This document shows positions 30,490-46,589 of a stretch of DNA of 64,000 nucleotides, piece after piece (position 1 is the first letter of the stretch; every line of letters begins with the position of its first letter). Both the position numbers and the translations under genes were made by a program. This DNA is from Amoebidium appalachense (Eukaryota > Protista > Ichthyosporea), in the NCBI GenBank assembly GCA_963693365.1, contig CAVNZM010000004.1, forward strand, positions 4,900,564-4,964,563. The letters are read 5' to 3'. The notes under the pieces are model-generated. The model ran no database searches. It saw only the letters and a list, made by a program, of their open reading frames with translations, and had not been told where the DNA came from.

Positions 30490-33400
30490 GTTCCGGGGGA
30501 GGGGGAAGCTGGGGTCACTGAGGGAGGGGGGGGGGACAGTATCGGTCCCCCCCAGGTTGCAGAGAACCTTCACCCTCCCCCACCCCAGGTTAAGCTTCCC
30601 TTTGCCCCCTCACCGCCCCGATACGTGTGGGAGCCGGGCATCGTCGTGGGTCCTCAAGACAGCGTCGAGGTGGTATGGCATGAATGTTTGTGGGGTGACT
30701 CTACCAAAGGTATGAATGGTGTGAATGTTTTGTGGTTGGGGGAGGTTCCCCAGCCACAAGTGGATGGTCTCAGTGTTTCTTGTCCCAACCCGGTGTTTAT
30801 TCTAACCACACCGGAGGGGGTTTCTGTGCCATTGTTTCCGGGAGGGGGGGGGACACACACGAGTAAAGGGGGAAGGGGGGGGAAGGCACAGACACGTAGA
30901 AACACACCACCACAACAACATACGACGGTTGCAGACACACCTACACCCACACACACACCCACACATACACCAAACACACACACACCACCCACCCACACAC
31001 CACACACACACACTCCACCACCACCCACATCACATACACACCCCACCCCACCCGTGCAGGCACCACAGGTAGGTACTACATATAGTATGTTGCACGTAGG
31101 TATCGAGGGTGTGAGTCTTCGTGGGCAGGGATTGGGTGTGAGTGATGATGTGTTGCTTGAATTGGAGGAGGATTTAGTTGGTTTTTGGCATTATATAGAC
31201 GTATGGTTAGCTGATGGTAAGTTGAAGGCTGTTGCTTTGCTCGATGGAGGGGCGCAGGTTAATTGTGTGCATGCTTCGTTTATTCGTCGTTTTAATCAGG
31301 CCGGGGGGGAAATTCCTATTTTAGATGCTTCTAGCACAGCCTTAGGTAGTGCTAATAATAGTAGCATGTCTGTGGAAGGTGTTTGTGTGTTGCCGTGTGA
31401 GATAGGTGGCCAGGCTATGCATATTGCTTGTTATGTGGTTAAGGATTTGGCTCAAAGTGTTTTGTTGGGAGCCCCATTTTTCCGTGGACATGTGAATGCT
31501 TTGTTTGAACGTACGAATGTTTTAGAATTGCAGTCCGGCGTTAAAATTAAAACCCATGATGGGCTCGACGGTTATCAGTCTGGTGCTAGAACGGTAGCTG
31601 AAGTGGTAATCGAGCCTTATCAGTGCCAAACGGTACGTGTCCGGGCCGGCAATCATGTTAGGATAGGGGATTTAGGGGTTTTTACTCCGAAAACCCCATT
31701 TCAGGAGGTGGCCCAATGGACCCTTAGTAGGGTATGGCCGGATAAGACAATAGAAATAGAATTAGTGAATCCGGGCATCGAGCCTATAGTGATTAGGTCA
31801 GGTGTTTCCGTCGGTAGTTTCACTAATGAGATTGGTAGTATAGAGGTCTCTCTTATTACCCAAAAGGAGGATGCCGGCTCGAAGGGTGACTCAGGCTGGA
31901 GGGGGAACAACTTTATTTAACGTTAGCCACCAAAATGTCACCCGACACGATGGGGGGGGGGACCGGGACAGCACCGGTCCCACTCCCCCGACCCCCAAGA
32001 GGAAGGAGGGTCACCCCGGGTGTGAGAATGTGCAGGCAGGGGGGGAGGGTGTTGGTCTAACCCGTGGATCTGACGGGTTAACCAACACCGTGGGGGGCAG
32101 GGTGGCCACAGACCTGGCCCCGGGCCCCCACATACATGCACTAACTCATCAGGAATTGCCCGGGGGCATGGGTGTGCCGGGGGGAGGGGGGGGTGCTAAG
32201 GGTGACCGCCTATATCCGGAGGTACCTCAACCTCACCCCGTGCAGCACCGATGTAATACAGGAGGTGAAATGTTAAGTGGCACTCCGGTGAATAAGGATG
32301 CATCCACTTGTGATGGGGGTAACCCGGAGTTAGTATTGCCGTTTGGTATGAAGGAGGGGGATTGGACGGTAGAACAGAAAAAATTGTTAGCTAAGGTTTT
32401 TGATAGGACTCGGTTTGCATTTCTGGCCGATGATAACGAAGTAGGCTTCGTTAAAGGGTTTGAAATGCAGATCGACACAGGTGATAATAGGCCGGTAGTG
32501 ATGCCTAGCTCTAGAATGAAGCAGTATAAATTGTCGGATGCGCTAATTATAGTGAGTGATATGTTAAAAAAGGGTCATGTGGAGCTAGTAGTTCGAGTCC
32601 GTGGAGAAGTCCGGTGCTATTGGTTAAGAAGCCCGACGGGTCTTGGCGTCTAGTGAACGATTACAGGGCTCTGAATCGGATCACTAAGGCAGACCAATGG
32701 CCTCTCCCTAACATAGACGAGCAGCTTTCACAGCTGCACGGCTATACTCACTTTGCTAAACTTGATTTAAAAGCAGCTTTTTGGCAGATAAGGTTGGAGG
32801 AGAGCAGCAAGGAGAAGACTGCCTTTGCACTGGGTGACCAGCTGTTCCAGTACAAGGTGGTGCCGATGGGTTTGCTCTCCTCTCCAGCTATGTTGTGCCG
32901 GGTAATGTATAAAATTCTCCACCCTCATTTGGATGTATGCCACCCTTATTTGGATGATGTTTTAATTAAAGGTAGGTCATTTGAGGAGCTAGTTAATAAT
33001 TGTGAAAAAGTATTTTTAGCTTTGGGTGAGTCTGGTCTTCGTATTAGCGGTAGCAAGACTGTGATTGGTGTGCCGGAGGTTAAGTTTTTAGGTCATATTG
33101 TGTCTAGTAATGGTCTTTCCCCTGATCCGGAGAAAATCCGGGCCATAGTTGAGTGGCCCCGTCCTCAGACTGTCACTCAACTAAGGCAATTTTTAGGTTT
33201 AACTAATTATCTTCGTCGTTATATTAAGGATTATAGTATGCTTGCTTTGCCGTTAACTAGTCAGACGGGGGGGGGGAGAAGAAGAATAGAATAGATTGGA
33301 ATGTTGATGCTGTTTCTGCTTTCGAAAAGCTGAAGTTAGCTTTGCAGTCTTCGAGTATGCTTGTTCATCCTGATTTTTCGGCCGGGGGGGGGATGTTTAA

Positions 33401-33863
33401 AGTTCGGTGTGATGCAAGTAAGGTTGCTGAGGGGGCCGTGTTATATCAAGTGCAGGAGGGGCAGGATAGAGTGATTGCTTATGTTAGTCGTTCATTTAGT
33501 AAAAGTGAACGTAGATATAGCAATCCGGAGAGAGAGTCCCATGCTATCTTTTGGGCAGTCTCACAGGCATGGAGGTATATACTCGCAGGCAGGACGTTTG
33601 AGGTCTACACCGACCACAAGCCCTGCCTAGCCATGGCCGGCACCACTCGTCTGGTCAACGAGAGGATGCAGAATGTAAGTGGGCCGCGGCTCTCGGTGAG
33701 TTCTCCTATAAATTGTTTTATGCCAAGGGTGAAACAATGGTTGACTGTGGTTGACTGTGATGCTCTCTCTCGTGCTGCTTATATTTTGTTTGAAGAAGAG
33801 AAGGAGGGGGAGGGGGGGCTAGTGAGAGACGGGGGGGGGAGGGGGGGAAGGGGGGGAGAGTGA
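30490..33863 (+). pseudogene. pol: Gypsy pol: aspartic protease, reverse transcriptase and RNase H (frameshifted, no integrase)
   Basis: Protease 'AVALLDGGAQVNCV ... VLLGAPF'. RT 'LLVKKPDGSWRLVNDYRALN', 'FAKLDLKAAFWQI', 'VPMGL', 'YLDDVLI', 'FLGHIVS'. RNase H 'VRCDASK', 'YSNPERE', 'VYTDHKP'. Frameshifts near 31900, 32590 and 33270. Confidence 0.92.
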
Positions 33864-35030
33864 GCAGAAAGGAATAGATGCTGTGTCTGTGGATGTGTCT
33901 TCTTGGGTTCCGGGGTTGCTTGCTTATAAGTGTAGGAGAGGGGGGGGGTGTCGTGGCAACAAACAGAGTGTATACAAACTACTCTAACTAACTGCACGCT
34001 TAAAGGGGCCTGAAACCGTGTATACGTATAAACTTTTCTTTGAGTTGGGTGGGAAGCGAGTTTTACGTGTTCTTAGAAGAACTTCCAAAAGCCCGCGACC
34101 CCGCGAGACACTTCACAGACACGCGGCCCACTGGCCAGACAAATACCACAGTGACATTCAGCCAATCACAACACTTCCTCCCCCACAGACTACACGCACT
34201 CCACACCATTGGCTACCGCCACATCAGACACCCCTACAGCACTACAACACGTACACACGTTTACTCACAATACATATAAGCATACACACACGCGAGCAGG
34301 CAACATGGGTCTCGCCAAGCACACAGCAAGAAGCAATACAACATTTAACATGGAGAGTACGCAGAGGCATGGTGCATGCACGCGCGCACCTTTAACAATC
34401 AGCCGCCGCCGCATCAGGTTCTCCCCATACTACTGATTAATCTCCGCATACCCCACTTAGACCCCGGCATCACTATGCAAGAAAACCCCCGAAAGTCACT
34501 CACCAAAACACGAAATATAGAAGCAAACTAATACGAATCAGCTCAGCACATGACAGGGGGGGAGGTATTTGTCAGTAGTAGGCTATAGCTACATGCAGGC
34601 AACTAAATCAGACGGATACAAAGAGCATGCGAAGGTTTCTCGAATCGTTCTCACCGTTTCCCAAAATCGAGACCGTCACGGAGCCTGCCAGACGGCTCAC
34701 AAACGTGGCATATCATGTACCGTAAAAAAACACGTACGCGTGCGAATGGTGCGATGCAGTCCGCTAGCATCTTAGTGGCGCCCGTGACTCGATCGAGCAT
34801 GTGCGCGCAATCAAGCTGTACACAAGATGCACCCGCCACGTCGGACACGTGTTCTCGGCTCCGATATCATGCGTACCCACGGACGTCGACAAGGTAGTGT
34901 GCACGCTGTGGCACACGCACGCACGCACACATAAAAACACAGCGACACCTTCACACGCACATACGCACACACGCACACACAAACGCACACAGGCGCGCGC
35001 GTGCATGCACAAACACAATTCAAGAATATA

Positions 35031-36978
<1,948 letters not shown>

Positions 36979-37099
36979 CATATCATTCACACCAGGTTGT
37001 GAAAATAGGCGGTTTATGGCAAAGGAATTGTCCCTGAAGAGAGAGAGCCCCGGGGGAGGGGGGGGGGGGGGGGGGGAGGGGGGGGGGAGAGGGGGGGGG

Positions 37100-37162
37100 G
37101 GGGGAGAAAGAGAGAGAGAGAGAGAGAGAGAGTCTCAGAGAGACCAGAAACAGAGGGAGGGT

Positions 37163-37229
<67 letters not shown>

Positions 37230-37243
37230 TGAGGGAGGGTGGG

Positions 37244-37274
<31 letters not shown>

Positions 37275-37386
37275 AATGAGAGAGAGGGAAAGAGGGAGTG
37301 TGTGTGCGTGTGTGTGTGTTTGTGTGTGTGGAGGACTCGGAGAGAGAAAGGTTGGAGGGGGGGGGGACTCCTCGGAAGGAGAAGAA

Positions 37387-37424
<38 letters not shown>

Positions 37425-37461
37425 GAGAGTCTCAGAGAGACCAGAGACAGAGGGAGGGTGA

Positions 37462-37541
<80 letters not shown>

Positions 37542-37599
37542 CGGGGGGGGGAGGGGAAGAGACTCTCGGAGAGAGAGAGGGAGAGAGGAGAGAGAGGGG

Positions 37600-37694
<95 letters not shown>

Positions 37695-37709
37695 AGGGAG
37701 GGAGGGAGG

Positions 37710-37774
<65 letters not shown>

Positions 37775-37929
37775 GGAGGGAGGGAGGGAGGGAGAGAGAG
37801 AGAGAGAGAAGAGAGAATGAGAGAGAGGGAAAGAGTGAGTGTGTGTGCGTGTGCGTGTGTTTGTGTGTGTGTAGGACTCGGAGAGAGAAAGGTCGGAGGG
37901 GGGGAGGGGACTCCTCGGAAGGAGAAGAA

Positions 37930-37969
<40 letters not shown>

Positions 37970-37970
37970 G
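37100..37970. repeat. (GA)n/poly-G region with a duplicated ~120-bp block
   Basis: GAATGAGAGAGAGGGAAAGAG...AGGACTCGGAGAGAGAAAGGT...GGACTCCTCGGAAGGAGAAGAAGGGG at ~37274 and ~37815. Confidence 0.75.
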
Positions 37971-38367
37971 GGGAGAAGGGGGAGGTGGATCGGCAGTAGG
38001 AAGAAGAGGGAGAGGTGTGTATGTGTGCATGCACCCGCTAGTGAGCGAATGTGTCGAGATGCCAGGTGGGCCTGGCTCAGTGAGGGCGTTGAGGTGAGGT
38101 GATGGATGTGTGTGAGTGTGTGTGTGTGTGTGTGCGTGTGTGTGTGGGGGGGGGGGGGGGGGGGGGTTTGACTGCGGCATGCTGTCAGTACATCGCTTTA
38201 AGCACAAAATCACAACTGGTGAATGTACATAGAACTAGTACTAACACTGGTGAATCAATGATATCATTGAAAGCCCTTATTAAGTCTGGATGACACCAAC
38301 TGTTACAAAGTACGCAACATAGAGGGGTGGGATGGGGGTTGAGGAGGCACCTTTTTTTTTTTTTTTT

Positions 38368-38398
<31 letters not shown>

Positions 38399-38699
38399 GG
38401 TCGGGGCTGGGGCTCAAGGGTCGCGCTACATGATTGTTAATTTGGTGAATGTGTCCCGAGGTGGGGGTGGGGGGAGGGGGGGGGGGGGGGGGGGGGGGCG
38501 GGGAGGGGGGTTTGCTAAACTGGGAGTGGGATGAGGTGGAAAGAGACGAGGTGGACGAGATTGAGAAAAGAGATAAATAAGCGAGAAGAGCGCAGGGGAA
38601 GGGAGGAAGGGTAGGGGGAGGGAAGGAGGAGGGGACGAGGGGAGGAGGCCGAGGCCTGTTGCGGGGGCCGTTTTTTTTTTTTTTTTTTTTTTTTTTCTT

Positions 38700-38741
<42 letters not shown>

Positions 38742-39468
38742 CTTGGGTCTGATCCAGAGGAAAGACGACATCAACTCGCCAAACATTTGTATATCATCAC
38801 ACAGAAATTCGGAACTTCAGGCCCAAAAACAGCGAACCTGGTTTTTCGCTCTTAAATCATGCAGATCACCAACATTATCATATTATATATGACAAAGACT
38901 ACCCCCGCCTGAATTTACACACTCTCTCTCTTACGAACACCATCCAGAGTTTATAGGGCCAATATAAAATGGCATCTCACCGGGTGACTGTGTGTGCAAA
39001 ATGAAAAGCTAAATGTGGGTCTCTGTGCAGTGTGTACGTGTGACTGATCCTTGTGTGCAGGCTGTGCTACACTGTGCGGGTCATTGGTCCGGTATGTGTG
39101 CCACCAGGACGAGAAATTATTGACTGCAAACTTTATTCGGTGCAGGCGAATAAACCGTCAATTTTTACCCAGACGTACACAAGAGCGATCTGAGCAGCGA
39201 TCTGAGCTCTGGCCCGGGCTAGCATTCATCTAAATATCGAACTCAATGTTTAAGTCCTTTGATGATGTTACAAATCATGTGACACAAGAGAGTAACTGTC
39301 CAATGTTCAAGCTAAATATTGCATTAGAATCTAAGTTCTAAGACTTCCTTGTGTTGGGGCATCTAATATTCTATTTGTCATGCACGATTTGTCACTAGTC
39401 GAAAGTTTACAACTATAAAACACCTGTCACAACATACGGCATGCGCAAATCATTATCGATGTACTAGG

Positions 39469-41212
39469 CTATGCAGCAGGTGGGAGCGTCCGTTCGGTCG
39501 TTTTTTCTTCTTGTCCCAGTGTCTTTACCTTTGGTGCTGCACTTCCATCGCTGGCATCGGCTTCATCTCCTGCCACAGAAACTATAGCCAACAGAGTGAA
39601 CAATCCCAAAAGTCGAACAGTCCCTTCAACGAGAAAAAGGCCCTGAAAAGCCAATGTGACGAGAACAACACTGCCCACATATGTTGCGCCGTAGGCTGGG
39701 GAGAAACAGCATGTTCTGAACGCCAAACCACTTGGCAAGTTGGTCCGAGGGAACATGGTCCATAATTAGTGAGTTCATGAGCGGGTATGTACCCACCCGG
39801 CCACCTACCCGCACCAACTGAAGCACGCAGAAGAAGTAGGGATAACTTCTCCAAAACGAGGTAGAGTTTGTACCCATGCACAGTACGGCAAGAATGCTGG
39901 TTGCTCTGAGCAACAGCATGGCCTGCAGGCGACTAATGTACCTGGAGAGAATGCTTCCGAGAAGTACAACAACAGCACAAAACAGAGTTTGGAGAAAAAT
40001 TTCGACGTTGTGAGTTATCGGCGACATGTTAAGCTCCGTCGCCATAAAGATACCATCATACTTACTGGCGATACCCGCCCCGGACAGGTCGAAGAAGTCT
40101 GCGAGTATGAGCATGTGCGGGATGTACTTAAAAGAAACGCTTGGAAGACGGCGTTTGAAGGACTTGCTACGAGCTGCGTCCTCCCTAGGTCCTGCAAGCA
40201 TTGCTGTGTGTGGTTTTTGCGCAACCTTAGGCTTAGTGTCATCACCAAAAAGAAATTTGGTTGGGACGTGGAGCACTGTGGATGCTCGGATCAAGTTTCG
40301 GCCGGCACGAGTATCCACTGCACCTTGCAAACTTGCGGGTTCGTCGGCAATAACGGCGCTGGGAATACACGAAAGCTCATAATCACTCAGATTTACAGTG
40401 CCATTGGCTTTCGTTTTGTCGGTTTTGTCGGGTTTGCCCTTTGGGTTGCTGCCGCTGCTGTCGATTCTATCGCGAGACTTGGGAACAGTGGTCTTCTTGC
40501 GGCGCCAATCGCAATTGCCCTGGTGCACGTCTCTGAAAAACGGAAGGGGCACCATGGAGAAGACGAACACACACATGCCAACGAAGTACACTTGACGCAT
40601 TTGCGACATGGGCCACGTGTTGCCCAAATAGGAAAAAAGGATAATGTTCAGCACAGGCCCAATGGCCCCTGCCAGCAGGTTGGCGATTTGCCTCGTGGCC
40701 TCGTAACTGGAGCGTTTGCCCTTTGGAACGGAATCTGTGTACAGTGCAATGATGGGCGGCTGCGAGGCACCAATGTAAGCCTCCTGCATGCATATTCCAG
40801 CCGCGAGAAGGGCGTAAGTTTCTTTCCATGCCGTCGCTCCGAATGGTTGAAAGAGTGCTGCCACTTGCAGCATGGCGCCGAGAACACCGAGGAAGCAAGA
40901 GCATCGGAGGACAATGGCACGGCCAAACCGGTCAGCCAGGTACCCAGAAGGAAAGGACACCAGAAAGCGGGCGATGCCTTGAGCTAATGAAACATAGCCA
41001 ATGTGTTTTGCTGAGTGGGTGAGTGCACCGATGAATGGGGACTGTATGGTGCTGGCTGTCATGCCAACGGCGATGCCTGAAAGGAAAGTTAACAAGACTG
41101 CAAGAACGACATTTCGGTGGATATGTTGAAAGGACAAAAAATAGCGGACAGAAAACCAAGCCTGCGTACATGCAGCAGGGATGTATGTCCCTAAAATCTT
41201 CTCTGGCTTCAT
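39469..41212 (-). CDS. MFS transporter paralogue of 9867-11600, intronless, with a +1 frameshift at ~39697-39701 (pseudogene or homopolymer error)
   Basis: ORF 41212-39626 aligns with the first copy (e.g. 'GYLADRFGRAIVLR', 'KYIPHMLILADFFDLSGAGIASKYDGIFMA'). After 'QNMLFL' the homologous 'YGATYVGSVVLV...LLAIV' continues in another frame (ORF 39756-39469). Confidence 0.88.
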
Positions 41213-42115
41213 CTTGCAGCGATTTTAATCTTCTGTCTGAAACATGTGCTGTGGTAGGCTCAAATGAATGCGTTCGCGCGGCTACAAAAACGACCCCGGA
41301 AAGGCCGAGGTTTCCTTTTATGTAACCACCTCATGAATTGCCATCTCTCCCCCTATACTATGTAGAGCATCGATTGTTGACCCCTGGGACGTATTTTCGA
41401 GGGCTGCAGCCTGCAATCTATATTTTAACAGATTTAGCTCCATCACTGCCTTTAAGTTTGATTATATCTAGCTGTTTGGTTTTTTTTTTTTGAAATATAA
41501 ATAAAATTGCGTATTATGTAACTTTTTATGTTGGAAAATACTTCAGTTTGTGCGTGCGGTACTATTATATTGCTCCACAAGATTCTGACAAGAATGAGAT
41601 GATCATCATTTTTGGAAATTTGGCCGGCGGCCCAAAGCAAACTTTTGGGACCAATCGGGGCTCCGCGAGGATCTAGATCTGACCACGAAAAGCCTTCCGA
41701 AGAAAAGCACGAAACCGAGTGTATTTTATTTGTTTTTACGCACGTATAGTTCCATCTGTGTGCATAAATGAAACAGATTTAAGTGGAGAAATAGTTTCAT
41801 TCACATTAAACAAACACTAAATACTAATAGTTGTTAATCGACGTCGATGCGGAAAGAAGCTCGTTCCGCTCCCTGCATTGATCACATTCCTCGGCAACTG
41901 TTATCAGTGGAGGAATTTTCCGGTGCATTCGATGCAAAACACTGTTGCGGCTGGAGCTCGAGTATCCGGTTCATCATCAATATTATTTGCCCGTAAACAG
42001 TTGATGCGTGATGCATATATTTCTATCAGATAATTCAAATGCATAATAAATTTTAAACTGCGTGCAGAGGCATGGTCTTTCTTGACCAGAACCTGCCCTA
42101 CACCGTTTTCCACGG
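41213..42115 (-). other. Upstream block homologous to 8497-9866
   Basis: The same conserved islands occur in the same order on the minus strand. Confidence 0.7.
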
Positions 42116-42619
42116 TGGGGAACTCCCCGAATTTCATTGGTTTGTATCAGAAAAATGAAAGCAGATCCGTGATCACTGATCAGATCTGAACAGATCCGGA
42201 TCACAACAAAAACTTCTCGAAAGTGTGTGTGCTTCCAATCGCAAGCCGGCTGAGACGGGTACAAAAGGTAGGTTGAAGTGACCGTTGAGAATACGTTTCT
42301 TGGATACGCCGACGCTCTCAGACTTCCAGACGGTCCTCTACAGTTTTATGACGACCCATGAACAAATGACAGTACCGCATGCAGTACTACTACAGCAAGG
42401 GGCCCCTTCCTCAGTTTTGGCGTTGTTCTTTTGTTCGCGCGTGCCGCGTGCAGTATTCAGCCCGACGGGAATTGTTCTCAAGTTGAATAATAAGCACATC
42501 CATGCGCATGCATACCATATACACATTCTCACCCCCTTCAGTCATGCATGCCTGCGGAACTCAAGGCGGTGTGCGCGCTGTGGCACAAACAACTGTGCGC
42601 AAATGCACACATACTGACC

Positions 42620-42771
<152 letters not shown>

Positions 42772-43237
42772 CACACACAGATACACACCCACACCCACCC
42801 ACACGCACACGCACACACGCACACAGGTGTTGTACACACCCACGCGCGGTACCGCAGACGCACACACGCACGCAAGCCTCGGTCACACATGCCCAAGCAT
42901 TTGGCAAGCATTCAACCGCACACACGCACACGCAAATGCACACGGACACACAACACGCAAGCATGCCCACGCACGCATACGCACAGGAAAGCCTTGGCAC
43001 ACATGCCCCACCCAATTCAACAAGCACCAATGCACACACAGCAGCTTGCACGCACGCATGCACGTACACACACGAACATGTACACGCACACACAACCCCC
43101 CCATGCACACACGCATACGCACACACACACATGGCGTGACATGCACACGCACACATACACACAATCATGAGTCTGTTCACACGCAAGCAGGCACACACGC
43201 TCAGTGAGCGCACGCACGCCCCGGCACACACGAACGA

Positions 43238-43643
<406 letters not shown>

Positions 43644-43758
43644 GGTCGAAGTGAGATTCTACTAACTCGGGAGGCACGCGTGTGTTTATGGCAGGGTCTG
43701 TACACATTAAATGTGGCGGGGCTTGGTTGGGGTGAAGTGGGTGACGAGTGGATGGGTG

Positions 43759-43789
<31 letters not shown>

Positions 43790-44802
43790 GGGGGGGGAGG
43801 GGGGGGGGGGGGGGGGTAGCTCAAGATTGTAATTTTTCACGGTTAATCAGAGTTGATTTGATGGATGGGTCGCGGGTAACCGTGGGTTGGGGAGGGGGGG
43901 GGGGAGGGGGGGGGGGGGGGGGGGGGGGGGATTCTGTTGAAAACTGTATGGCGGGGAAGGGGAGGGGGGGGGGGGGGGGGGCAGGGGGTAGGGGAAGAGG
44001 CTGCTGTTTGGAGAAAAAAGACGAAGAGGGGAATATTAGAGGGGACATGGTTGTAAGCTTGGGTCTGGCTTAGAGAAAAGAAAACTTAGCCGTTGGTGAA
44101 CTTTTGCTCTTACACATGAATTTGGACATCCCAACGACGACCAACCCGGTTTTTTGTTCGGGAAAAATCCCTCAGATTCGCCTTTGACACCCGGGCACTA
44201 GTTTCTGTGCTGCACATTAGAAAATTAAAAGAAACCGATTTTTAAATACATAGTACCTGTTACAACAACAACAACATAACACAAGAAAACAAGACTTTTA
44301 ATAGTACCCAATAAGGATATTACACATACACGCACTCTCGCACACATACTGAACAGCACCCCGAATCTAGAGTAAACACGTATTGTTTGTGAAGCAGTTT
44401 CTCGCAGCCTGTAGTTGCAAACGTGTACGTGTCCTGTACATGTGTGACTGATGCTTTTGTGTGTTTTCGCCCTAGTGTACGGATCTGTGTGCCACTACCA
44501 TGACCGTGACGTACTTAGGCTTCTGCACAATGCATTTGTTCGGGCTGGAGAGTGGGGACTTTGTAACAAATTATAGACACTGTGAGAGTATAAGGTACAT
44601 GTTCACGTCAGAAAAACACGGTGTGTACAGTGCAGAATTTGCCAAGCCTCCCCCCCTCCCCCGAACCCCCCCCCCCCCCCCCCCCCCCCCCCCAAACACA
44701 CACACACCCACCCACCCACCCACCCACCCTGTACATTGCACACGCGCGCGCGCACACACACACACACACATACACGTTCACACACACCATACAGTCACAC
44801 AG

Positions 44803-44856
<54 letters not shown>

Positions 44857-44858
44857 GA

Positions 44859-44931
<73 letters not shown>

Positions 44932-45220
44932 ACACAAACATGTTTACTTTTTTTATTATCCCGTTTTGTTCCCGGAGGGACCCCTTGCGCCCTCAGGGGG
45001 AACTACCGTCTTCCACCCGCACCGACAGTACTCTAGCTATAGCTAGGGTGCTACGGTATAACACAAACATGTATACAGTGTCACATGAGAAACCTGCACA
45101 CATACAGGACCAGGGCCTGCTTTTTGGTGATGGTGGTGGTGGTTCCTGCGGCAGGGGTGGTAGTATACGTAATCATTCAATGAGTCAATGTGCGAGTGAT
45201 TGTACCGTGTGAGTGAGTGA

Positions 45221-45353
<133 letters not shown>

Positions 45354-46351
45354 TTTGTGTGTGTGTTTGTGTGTTTGCGTGTGTGTGCGTGTGTGTGTGT
45401 GCGTGTCCGTGCGATTTTTTTTTTGTCTGTGTGTCTAAGATACGTGTGTGTAGGACGTGTGTGTGTGCGTGCGTGCGCGTGTCAGAATGTGCCTGTGTGT
45501 GTACGTGTGCGTGTACTACGTGTGTGTACGGTGTGTGTGTGTTTGTGTGTGTGGTGTACGGTGTGTGTGTGTTGCCAGAATATACAACAATAGTGCACGA
45601 GTTGACATATGCATTTCGCACGCACGTGCACAGCACGATTCTTCATTAGTTGCACATCTTTGGTTTACACAGGTTGCACGAGCACATAGCATACATAGTT
45701 AGGTACGATCGTTTATTTGTGCTTTATCTCCCTTTATTTCATAAGCATGTCCGGCATGCTCTTGTTTGCCCTCTGTTATTCATTAGGCACGTGTGGTATT
45801 CATAGTTTGTTTAGCTATTGGCGATAGCGAGAGGAAAGCACGCATCCGACGATTGTTGTGCATGCTTTTCATGTTTTCTGTGTAGTCGGGTGTTTGTTTT
45901 GTCTGCGATTGGACCGTATGAGGGGAATGCAGTTTGATTTCCGTTCATGTACGTGTCGTTATATGATTGGTCAGATTTATAGTATTCATAGTATTTACCA
46001 ATCAGATGCGCAAATACCTTTGGATAGATCTGTATTCATGGAATCTGCCTGCGGCAGATAAATAGGTGAGAATCGAGCATAATAAATTAGACGTAGATTG
46101 ACAGAACATGCAACTGTGTTTCTACCTCTCCACACTACCCTCTCTGTTAGTGCTGTGGCATCGTGCATTGCCCAGCACCACTCTGCACGTGTTTATGTCT
46201 GTTAGTTTAGTGGCCTGATCACCCACGTATACTCTCATTCATATGCATGTGTGCCCAGGTACGTGTTAGTTGTAGTGTGTGCACTCTGCTAGTCAGGCGA
46301 GAATAGTTGGGGCTTTTGCCGTAAGTCAGCACTTTTCTTGCATGTGTGTGT

Positions 46352-46382
<31 letters not shown>

Positions 46383-46481
46383 CGTGTGTGTGTGTGACAC
46401 TGCAGTATATTATATGTGCGTGCGTGTGGGTGGGCGTGTGTGTACGTGTGTGTTTTTGTGAACGTGTGTGTGTGTGCGTGG

Positions 46482-46589
<108 letters not shown>

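Larger units (their letters stand above)
24196..33960 (+). mobile_element. Degenerate Ty3/Gypsy LTR retrotransposon (host), 3'-truncated and interrupted by a nested LTR element
   Basis: Order is gag (CCHC knuckle) - protease - RT - RNase H, then the element breaks off before integrase. A putative 5' LTR end ...GGTGACA lies at 24636 with AATAAA at 24486. The left boundary is uncertain and no matching 3' LTR is in the window. Confidence 0.8.

Noticed and set aside
33933-33960. AGGAGAGGGGGGGG-TGTCGT as PPT plus 3' LTR start of the host Gypsy
   Set aside because: The following sequence does not match anything upstream of the host leader, and integrase is missing. More likely a truncation point.
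33999-34395. TTAAAGG...CCTTTAA, resembling Kolobok-type ends
   Set aside because: The inverted match barely extends past these few bases, which is compatible with chance.
44170-44201. Possible Helitron 3' end (CTAG followed by T)
   Set aside because: No convincing subterminal hairpin and no identifiable 5' end.
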